From the NCBI GenBank assembly GCA_022450525.1, contig JAKUQA010000001.1:87038-151037 (forward strand): DNA of 64,000 bases, given 5' to 3'. Made by a program: the position numbers and the translations under genes. Position 1 is the first letter of the stretch. The number at the start of each line of letters is the position of its first letter. The notes beneath the pieces were generated by a model. It ran no database searches. It had not been told where the DNA came from and was given only the letters and a program-made list of their open reading frames with translations. Source of the DNA: Dehalococcoidia bacterium (lineage in GTDB: Bacteria > Chloroflexota > Dehalococcoidia > Lucifugimonadales > UBA6952). This document shows positions 20,427 to 27,632 of this stretch, piece after piece.

Positions 20427-20605
20427 TTCTTTATATTTCCTGCGATTCTTTCATTTATTAATCTCTAAGAAATAACTATTCTAAGAAGTTTATAAATTAT
20501 GTCAACCTTTAACGATAAAGAGGGCTTGGTTTTGCTATTTTACATAAAGCTAAGATATCATGTATAGTCTATACTTCATAAGAAACAAAAACTTTTGAGG
20601 GGGCT

Positions 20606-21439
20606 GTGATGACTCAAGGCAAAGCGTTAACGCCTGAACAAGTCAATAGATATAGTAGACATATAATTATGCCTCAAATTGGCAGTTTGGGCCAAAGAAA
20701 ACTGATAAATTCAAAAGCAGTTGTGATTGGTGCTGGAGGACTCGGTGGTCCAGTTGCTCTCTATCTTGCCTTAGCTGGCGTAGGTACTATTGGTATTGTT
20801 GATTTTGATACTGTAGATCTAACAAATCTACAAAGACAGGTTTTACATGATAGCGAATCAATTGGAATGCCCAAAGTAGAATCCGCATCTAAAACACTAA
20901 AAAGATACAATCCAAATGTTAATGTTGTAACTCATGAAACTCCAATAAATTCTACAAATGCCATGGAGATTTTAGGCCAATACGATATTGTAATAAATGG
21001 CGCTGATAATTTTCCAACACGCTATCTCGTTAATGATGCTTGCTACTTTTTGAAAAAACCTTTAGTAGATGGAAGTATACTTATGTTTGATGGTCAAGCA
21101 ACAACTTATATACCTGGATCCGATAATGCCTGCTATAGATGTTTATTTAAAGAACCTCCACCTCCTGGGTCCGTGCCAACATGTGCCGAAGCTGGTGTTT
21201 TAGGTGCGCTTACTGCTACCATTGGAAGCATACAGGCAACTGAGGTAGTTAAAGTATTATTGGATATAGGAACTCCTTTGGTAAATAGACTCCTATTGTA
21301 TGATGGTTTAAGTTTAGATTTCAGAGTTGTTAAGTATAGAAAAAATAAAGAGTGTCCATTGTGTAATGGATCACAAACAGAACTTATTGATTATTTAGAA
21401 TTTTGTGGATTGCCCGCTTCAAGTGAATTGGTTGGCTAA
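20606..21439 (+). CDS. ThiF/MoeB/HesA-family E1-like adenylyltransferase (no rhodanese domain)
   Basis: 277 aa. YSRHI...GxGGLGG nucleotide loop, and the CxxC...CAEAGVLG zinc and active-site cysteine region. Confidence 0.85.
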   Translation: MMTQGKALTPEQVNRYSRHIIMPQIGSLGQRKLINSKAVVIGAGGLGGPVALYLALAGVGTIGIVDFDTVDLTNLQRQVLHDSESIGMPKVESASKTLKRYNPNVNVVTHETPINSTNAMEILGQYDIVINGADNFPTRYLVNDACYFLKKPLVDGSILMFDGQATTYIPGSDNACYRCLFKEPPPPGSVPTCAEAGVLGALTATIGSIQATEVVKVLLDIGTPLVNRLLLYDGLSLDFRVVKYRKNKECPLCNGSQTELIDYLEFCGLPASSELVG

Positions 21440-21456
21440 TTAAGATAGGTAAAATA

Positions 21457-22428
21457 TTGTCTTCTAAGGAATTAAAGTCAAAGAATAATAACCAAACTGA
21501 TCGTCCTGGGATTTTGAAAGCTGTAGGAAATACTCCTTTAGTTGAAATGCCAAATATTTCTATTAATGAAAATGTGAGACTTTTTGCTAAATTAGAAGGA
21601 ACAAATCCAACTGGAAGTGTTAAAGACCGAATAGCTTTAAAAATGATCGAGATGGCCGAAGAAAAGGGTGAAATCAAAAAGGGTGACACCGTTCTTGAGC
21701 CTTCAAGTGGTAATACTGGAATAGGTTTAGCGATGGTTTGTAAATTAAAAGGCTATAAACTTGAAATTGTGCTTCCTGAAAATGTAAGTCCAGAGAGAGT
21801 ACAATTATTGACTGCCTATGGTGCAAAAATCCATTTTTCTGATGGTGAAAAAGGTACAAATGGTTCCATAGAAGTTGCCAAAGAAATGGTATCTTCAGGA
21901 AATTATTTCTTCCCTTATCAATATGGTAATGAAGCAAATCCTTTAGCGCATTATTATGGAACAGGTAAGGAAATAATAGATCAATTGCCAGAGGTGGATA
22001 TTTTTGTTGCGGGTTTAGGCACAGGCGGTACATTAATGGGTACGGGTAGAAGGTTGAAGGAATTTAACCCAGAAATAAAAGTTGTTGCAGCTGCTCCACA
22101 GCCTGGGGACGCCATACAAGCATTAAGAAGTATAGAGGATGGATTTGTTCCACCAATATTAGATCTCGACCTATTAGATGCAAGAATAATGGTGTCTAGT
22201 GAAGAAGCTTTTAAGGCAACAAAAATGCTATTAGATGATGAGGGAATATTTGCTGGAATATCATGCGGAGCTGTTGTGGCAAGTGCATTAAAGGTTGCTA
22301 GACGTTTAGATAAAGGAAACATTGTTTGTCTTTTGGCCGATGCTGGTTGGAAATATTTGAGTACAAATCTATGGACTAAAGAATATTCGGACCTTCAGGA
22401 AGAGCTCGAAAGTAAACTTTGGTGGTAA
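21457..22428 (+). CDS. PLP-dependent cysteine synthase (CysK/CysM family)
   Basis: 323 aa. NPTGSVKDR PLP-lysine motif and the SSGNTG loop. TTG start 17 nt after the E1-like gene. Confidence 0.85.
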   Translation: MSSKELKSKNNNQTDRPGILKAVGNTPLVEMPNISINENVRLFAKLEGTNPTGSVKDRIALKMIEMAEEKGEIKKGDTVLEPSSGNTGIGLAMVCKLKGYKLEIVLPENVSPERVQLLTAYGAKIHFSDGEKGTNGSIEVAKEMVSSGNYFFPYQYGNEANPLAHYYGTGKEIIDQLPEVDIFVAGLGTGGTLMGTGRRLKEFNPEIKVVAAAPQPGDAIQALRSIEDGFVPPILDLDLLDARIMVSSEEAFKATKMLLDDEGIFAGISCGAVVASALKVARRLDKGNIVCLLADAGWKYLSTNLWTKEYSDLQEELESKLWW

Positions 22429-22446
22429 TATTATAAATGGAGAGCA

Positions 22447-23097
22447 ATGTTAAATTTATTCGTTATTTCAACAAATGGTAAAATATCTGAAGAATTAGAA
22501 TCTGCACTTAAGGCAGAAGATATTTCATTTAATTCTGATTATGGACCAAATGACTCTTCAGATGAACACGATGGAGTTCTCCTTGAACTTACAAAAATAG
22601 ATCATGAGCTCATAAATCAAGCCGAAGATATATCTACAAAGCTGAAAGTACCACTATTTTTGGCAGTAACAAAAGAAGTTCTTCCTTTTTATGATAACTC
22701 ATGGGGTGGTCGCGACTTTTTAACAAATCCGTATCATTTAGGTGAATTTACCGCAAGAATAAAGCAAAAATCCGAAAATAACTCAGGACCAAATCAATCT
22801 ATACCAACTATTATTACAGCACAAAATTTAAGAATTGATACTGAGAAATATGAAGTTTTTGTCGCAGACGTAAAAGTAATGCTAACCTACAAAGAATATA
22901 GATTACTTTGTATTTTGGCAGCAAATCCAGGCAGGGTATTTTCTCGAGAAGTTTTATTAACTGATATTTGGGAATACGATTATTATGGTGGGACCCGTAC
23001 AGTTGATGTTCATATAAGAAGGTTAAGAAGCAAGATAGAAATTAACGGTAATTTTTTTATAGAAACTATACGAAATGTCGGGTATAAGTTCATCTAA
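22447..23097 (+). CDS. OmpR/PhoB-family winged-helix regulator with a degenerate (pseudo-)receiver domain; GlnR-like candidate
   Basis: 216 aa. The C-terminus LTYKEYRLLCILAANPGRVFSREVLL..IW......GTRTVDVHIRRLRSKI...IETIRNVGYKF is a canonical OmpR effector domain. In the N-terminal half, FVISTNG replaces the acidic pair, LLELT replaces the phospho-Asp, and NPY replaces KPF. Confidence 0.75.
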   Translation: MLNLFVISTNGKISEELESALKAEDISFNSDYGPNDSSDEHDGVLLELTKIDHELINQAEDISTKLKVPLFLAVTKEVLPFYDNSWGGRDFLTNPYHLGEFTARIKQKSENNSGPNQSIPTIITAQNLRIDTEKYEVFVADVKVMLTYKEYRLLCILAANPGRVFSREVLLTDIWEYDYYGGTRTVDVHIRRLRSKIEINGNFFIETIRNVGYKFI

Positions 23098-23123
23098 ATA
23101 TTTTGCTGAATTCAATTAATAAA

Positions 23124-23161
23124 TTTACACATAATTAACATTTAATTAACTTCTGTGTAAT
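23124..23161 (+). promoter_or_regulatory. Four 11-bp-phased pentamers TTTAC-n6-TTAAC-n6-TTAAC-n6-GTAAT upstream of amt
   Basis: Read directly from the sequence. The pentamers start at 23124, 23135, 23146 and 23157. Confidence 0.45.
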
Positions 23162-23187
23162 TATTTCTTTATTTTTTTTACCAATAT

Positions 23188-23214
23188 TTAACATTCAAGA
23201 AATAACTATGTAAT
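23188..23214 (+). promoter_or_regulatory. Three 11-bp-phased pentamers TTAAC-n6-GAAAT-n6-GTAAT upstream of amt
   Basis: Read directly from the sequence. The pentamers start at 23188, 23199 and 23210, about 80-100 nt before the amt ATG. Confidence 0.45.
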
Positions 23215-23291
23215 TTTACCGATGCATCATTAATTTAATTATTTCACTAATGTCGATGTTTATTATTCGGCAATTCTATTTGGAGGTTAAA

Positions 23292-24497
23292 ATGAATGAT
23301 ACTGGTAATTTAGCATGGATGATCACCGCGAGCGCATTAGTCCTATTAATGACGCCCGGGTTAGCTTTTTTCTATGGGGGTTTGGTACGAGCTAAAAACA
23401 TAGTAAATACCATGATGTTCAGCTTTATTTCTATGGGTCTTGCAACCATTGTATGGGTTCTCTGGGGGTATAGTTTAGCATTTAGTGGTGGCGGTCCTTT
23501 TATTGGTAACTTAGAAATGATTGGATTAAACGGTTTAGACGTAACTGATGGAGATGCAATTATATTTGTGGCATTTCAAGGTATGTTTGCAATTATTACC
23601 CCTGCACTAATTACAGGAGCATTTGCTGAAAGATTTAAGTTTTCAACATATATGGTTTTCTTAGTTCTTTGGCTAACTTTTGTATACGCTCCTATTTGCC
23701 ACTGGGTTTGGGCTGCAGATGGTTGGTTATTTAAGAGAGGTGCTTTAGATTTTGCTGGTGGTACTGTAGTTCATATCAATGCAGGAATTGCAGCAGTGGC
23801 GGCAGCATGGCTTCTGGGCCCTAGAAGAAATATAAGTTCGGGGATTGAGCCACACAGTGTACCCTTTGTTTTATTAGGAGCAGGATTGCTTTGGTTTGGA
23901 TGGTTTGGTTTTAATGCAGGGTCTGAACTCGCATCTGATGCTCGGGCAACTATGGCCTTTTTAGTGACCAACATAGCCGCAGGAACAGCTCTAACTGTTT
24001 GGGTGATATTACAATACATAAAGACCGGCAGATTTAGTGCTGTAGGTGCTGCATCTGGGGCTGTAGGTGGTTTAGTAGCTATTACTCCTGCCTCAGGTTT
24101 TGTGAATCCATTAGGAGCACTTGTTATTGGTGCAGGCGCTGGCGCTCTTTGTTATGGTGCAGTTATAGTACGCTCAAATTTTAATCTAGACGATGCTTTA
24201 GAGGTTTTTCCTGTTCATGGTATAGGTGGTATTTGGGGAGCAATTATGACTGGAGTTTTTGCAGTCGAAGCCATAGGGGGCACCAAGGGACTACTAGAAG
24301 GAAATGGATCAATTATGATTGAGCAAATAATAGCTGTAGTAGCTACCCTTGTTTATGGTTTTATTGTAAGTGCGGTAATACTTAAAGTCTTAGATATGGT
24401 GATGGGATTACGCGTTTCTGAAACCGATGAAGATATTGGAACAGATTTAACATCTCATGGAGAGCGTGGATATGTAGCTGATGGTGCTGATGCGTAG
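23292..24497 (+). CDS. amt: Ammonium transporter (Amt/AmtB family)
   Basis: Multi-TM protein with Amt signatures (DFAGGTVVHINAG, GWFGFNAGS, VHGIGGIWG). I moved the start from the track's 23250 to the ATG at 23292, which follows GGAGG by 6 nt and gives a typical MNDTGNLAWM N-terminus. Confidence 0.9.
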   Translation: MNDTGNLAWMITASALVLLMTPGLAFFYGGLVRAKNIVNTMMFSFISMGLATIVWVLWGYSLAFSGGGPFIGNLEMIGLNGLDVTDGDAIIFVAFQGMFAIITPALITGAFAERFKFSTYMVFLVLWLTFVYAPICHWVWAADGWLFKRGALDFAGGTVVHINAGIAAVAAAWLLGPRRNISSGIEPHSVPFVLLGAGLLWFGWFGFNAGSELASDARATMAFLVTNIAAGTALTVWVILQYIKTGRFSAVGAASGAVGGLVAITPASGFVNPLGALVIGAGAGALCYGAVIVRSNFNLDDALEVFPVHGIGGIWGAIMTGVFAVEAIGGTKGLLEGNGSIMIEQIIAVVATLVYGFIVSAVILKVLDMVMGLRVSETDEDIGTDLTSHGERGYVADGADA

Positions 24498-24512
24498 AGT
24501 GTATTTAATTTG

Positions 24513-24565
24513 TTAACACAATTGTAACCAAAAAGCGAAGAAAAATTCTAACTGTTTGGTATAAT
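24513..24565 (+). promoter_or_regulatory. glnA control region: TTAAC-n6-GTAAC box (24513-24528) plus an extended -10 TGgTATAAT (24557-24565)
   Basis: Read directly from the sequence. The box ends about 32 nt upstream of the -10, so it covers and flanks the -35 region. Confidence 0.45.
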
Positions 24566-24570
24566 CACTA

Positions 24571-24622
24571 GATCGGTATATGTAATTCTTAATCAAGCCT
24601 CGAAGAAATGCATATATCGATC
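24571..24622 (+). other. Hairpin in the glnA 5' leader (12-bp stem, 28-nt loop)
   Basis: GATCGGTATATG (24571-24582) pairs with CATATATCGATC (24611-24622) with one G-U pair. It lies between the predicted -10 and the RBS. Confidence 0.5.
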
Positions 24623-24665
24623 AGTGCTATAAGGAAATCAAAAAAGTGAAGGTTTGAGGTGAAAG

Positions 24666-26108
24666 ATGGCAAATGAACCAAAAAATATAGGCGATGTACT
24701 AAAACTAATGCAAGATACGGGGAGTGATATCCTTGATATTAAATTTATAGATTTACCAGGTACATGGCAACACGTTTCTGTTCCCACAAGTGAAGTTACA
24801 GAGTCTTTGTTTCAAGACGGAACAGGATTTGACGGATCATCGATACGAGGTTTTCAATCAATTGATGAATCGGATATGTTGCTGGTTCCGGATATATCTA
24901 CCGTTAAGAAAGATCCTTTTAACGATGGTCAATTAACAGTTATTGCAGATATAAGAGACCCATTGACTGGTGAAAGTTATTCTAGGGATCCTAGAAATGT
25001 TGCAAAAAAAGCTGAAGCATATTTAAAGACCACGGGAATTGGCGACAATTCATTTTGGGGTCCGGAAGTAGAATTTTTTATATTTGATTCAGTGAGATTT
25101 AGCTATGGGGCAAATCACGGGTATCATTTTGTTGATTCAGATGAAGGTATATGGAATTCTGGTGATTTGACAATGCTAGACGGTACAACCCTTAATAAAG
25201 GAATGAGGCCTAGACATAAAGAAGGATATTTCCCAGTACCCCCTGTTGATACTTTACAAGATATTCGTTCAGAAATGGTTAGGACTTTAATAAATGGATT
25301 TAATATTGCTGTTGAAAAACATCATCATGAAGTTGCTACAGGAGGACAAGGCGAAATAGATATAGTTTTTGATAGTCTTGTACAAACAGCAGATAATGTA
25401 ATGAACTATAAATATGTTGTGAAAAATGTAGCCGCTAAATATGATAAAGTCGTTACATTTATGCCAAAACCACTCTTTAACGATAACGGGACAGGAATGC
25501 ATACACACCAATCTATTTGGAAAGATGGAGTTCCGTTATTTGCTGGTGATGAATATGCCGGTCTATCAAAGCTTGCTTTAAACTATATTGGTGGGCTTAT
25601 CAAACATGGAAAAGCATTAATGGCTTTGGCAGCACCAACTACAAACTCATATAAACGACTAACTCCTGGATTTGAAGCACCGACAATTTTGGCACTTTCG
25701 GCAAGGAATAGATCTGCTGCATGTAGGATTCCTATGTATTTTCAAAATCCTAAGGCTAAGAGAGTAGAATTCCGTTCGGCAGACCCAACATGTAATCCAT
25801 ATTTAACATTCGCCGCAATGTTAATGGCAGGATTAGATGGCATAGAAAATGGCTATGAGCCAGGAGACCCACTAGAATCAGACCTTTTTTCATTAAGTGC
25901 TGAAGATATGGCAAAATTACCTCAAGTTCCAAGTAGTTTGGAAGAAGCACTGCAGGCATTAGAGGACGACCATGAATTTTTATTAAAAGGTGGTGTCTTT
26001 ACTGAGGACTTAATTAGAGGATGGATTGATTTTAAACGTGAAAATGACGTGGATCCTGTTAGGCTTCGCCCTCATCCATATGAATTCTATTTAAGTTTTG
26101 ATGCTTAA
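24666..26108 (+). CDS. glnA: Glutamine synthetase type I (480 aa form)
   Basis: Has the GS beta-grasp and catalytic domain motifs (FDGSSIRGF, NGTGMHTHQS, RVEFRSADPTCNPYL). The adenylylation-site Tyr is replaced (DLFSLSAED versus NLYDLPPEE). Confidence 0.92.
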   Translation: MANEPKNIGDVLKLMQDTGSDILDIKFIDLPGTWQHVSVPTSEVTESLFQDGTGFDGSSIRGFQSIDESDMLLVPDISTVKKDPFNDGQLTVIADIRDPLTGESYSRDPRNVAKKAEAYLKTTGIGDNSFWGPEVEFFIFDSVRFSYGANHGYHFVDSDEGIWNSGDLTMLDGTTLNKGMRPRHKEGYFPVPPVDTLQDIRSEMVRTLINGFNIAVEKHHHEVATGGQGEIDIVFDSLVQTADNVMNYKYVVKNVAAKYDKVVTFMPKPLFNDNGTGMHTHQSIWKDGVPLFAGDEYAGLSKLALNYIGGLIKHGKALMALAAPTTNSYKRLTPGFEAPTILALSARNRSAACRIPMYFQNPKAKRVEFRSADPTCNPYLTFAAMLMAGLDGIENGYEPGDPLESDLFSLSAEDMAKLPQVPSSLEEALQALEDDHEFLLKGGVFTEDLIRGWIDFKRENDVDPVRLRPHPYEFYLSFDA

Positions 26109-26162
26109 TTATTGATATGTATGCCCAGTAAATTTTAGCTATTTAAGTACGAGTAGATTTCG

Positions 26163-26191
26163 TTGACAAGTACAAATCTATTACTTACACT
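26163..26191 (+). promoter_or_regulatory. Sigma70-like promoter TTGACA-17 nt-TACACT ahead of the second GS / gltBD genes
   Basis: Read directly from the sequence: TTGACA at 26163-26168 and TACACT at 26186-26191. Confidence 0.5.
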
Positions 26192-26224
26192 AAACTTAAG
26201 CGTTATTGTAGCAATAAGAACTCA

Positions 26225-26253
26225 AATAGGGGAGACTTTAGTTCTCCCCTATT
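26225..26253 (+). other. Perfect 11-bp stem / 7-nt loop hairpin (AATAGGGGAGA ctttagt TCTCCCCTATT), 21 nt before the second GS start
   Basis: Read directly from the sequence. No U-tract follows on the plus strand, so it is not a textbook intrinsic terminator. Confidence 0.6.
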
Positions 26254-26274
26254 CTTGTCAGAAATGGAATTTCT

Positions 26275-27621
26275 ATGGACCAAGAAAAAAGTAGAGATGA
26301 AGCTATTAAATTTGTCACAGAGACCGTACATGGCAGTGATGTTCGATTTGTGCGACTTTGGTTTACTGATATTTTAGGTAATTTAAAGGGTGTGTCATTA
26401 AATGTGGCTGAGCTCGAAAATTCTCTAAGAGATGGTATGACTTTTGACGGAGCATCTATAGGAGCAATAGCTAGAAACGAGGAAAGCGACCTAGTTTTAA
26501 TGCCGGACCCCACTACATTTAAGGTTTTACCATGGCGTCCTTCAGACGGGGCTGTTGGTAAAATGTTCTGCGATGTGTATCGACCAGACGGTTCTCCTCA
26601 TTTAGGTGATCCTAGGGCTATACTAAAATCAAACTTAGAAAGGGCCTACCAGCTTGGGTACACCTTTTTATTGTCTCCAGAAACAGAATATTATTATTTC
26701 AAAGACTCTAATTCAACTGAGATATTAGATTCTGCTGGATATTTTGATCAAACCTCTGATATAGGAACAGAACTTCGAAGAGAAACAGTATTAGCTTTAG
26801 AAGAAATAGGAATACCTGTTGAATATAGCCATCACGAAGTGTCTCCCAGTCAACATGAAATAAACTTACGCCATACAGATGCGTTAACTATGGCAGATAA
26901 TGTTATGACCTATAAACTTGCTGTCAAGGAAATTGCACAGAAACACGGAATTCACGCCAGTTTTATGCCCAAACCAATAGAAGGTTTACATGGTAATGGA
27001 ATGCATATGGATATGTCTTTGTTTAAAGGAGATATAAATCAATTTTATAAAGACGGTGGAACAGGTGACGATTTTATTTCAGATACTGCGAAGTATTTTA
27101 TTGCTGGGCTTATGAAGCATGCCAAAGAAATTACGGCTATAACCAATCAATGGGTCAACTCTTACAAACGACTTGTTTCTGGATTTGAAGCACCAGGATA
27201 CATTTCGTGGTCAAAACTTAACAGGGGAGATCTTATTAGGGTTCCATCATACAGAAAAGGAAGAGAAAATTCTGTTAGAATTGAATATCGATCACCTGAT
27301 TCTGCATGTAATCCCTATCTAGCATTTAGTGCTATTCTTGCAGCAGGTTTGGCAGGTATAGAAAACAAGTACGAGATTCCTGTTCCCGTTGAACAAGATA
27401 TAAACAAAATGGACCAGATACAAAGAACTGCCCAGAGTATAGAGTCTTTACCCACTAATCTTTCGGAAGCATTGCACTTTTTTGAGAATAGTGAATTAAT
27501 GTACAATTGTCTTGGAGAAGATGCGTTTTATAACTTTATAAAAAATAAAAAATTAGAATGGGCCGAATATAGCCGTCACGTTAGTGGTTATGAAATAGAT
27601 AAATACCTATCTATGCTTTAG
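26275..27621 (+). CDS. Glutamine synthetase, second paralogue (448 aa, short GSI-alpha-like form)
   Basis: VRFVRLWFTDILG, FDGASI, GNGMHMDMSL and RIEYRSPDSACNPYL motifs. Confidence 0.88.
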   Translation: MDQEKSRDEAIKFVTETVHGSDVRFVRLWFTDILGNLKGVSLNVAELENSLRDGMTFDGASIGAIARNEESDLVLMPDPTTFKVLPWRPSDGAVGKMFCDVYRPDGSPHLGDPRAILKSNLERAYQLGYTFLLSPETEYYYFKDSNSTEILDSAGYFDQTSDIGTELRRETVLALEEIGIPVEYSHHEVSPSQHEINLRHTDALTMADNVMTYKLAVKEIAQKHGIHASFMPKPIEGLHGNGMHMDMSLFKGDINQFYKDGGTGDDFISDTAKYFIAGLMKHAKEITAITNQWVNSYKRLVSGFEAPGYISWSKLNRGDLIRVPSYRKGRENSVRIEYRSPDSACNPYLAFSAILAAGLAGIENKYEIPVPVEQDINKMDQIQRTAQSIESLPTNLSEALHFFENSELMYNCLGEDAFYNFIKNKKLEWAEYSRHVSGYEIDKYLSML

Positions 27622-27632
27622 GAAGGGGAATC

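Noticed and set aside
24566-24665. A glutamine riboswitch (glnA RNA motif) in the glnA leader, and likewise at 26192-26274.
   Set aside because: I could not find the conserved core elements of that motif as I remember them. Only generic hairpins are present, and these are reported as candidate structures instead.
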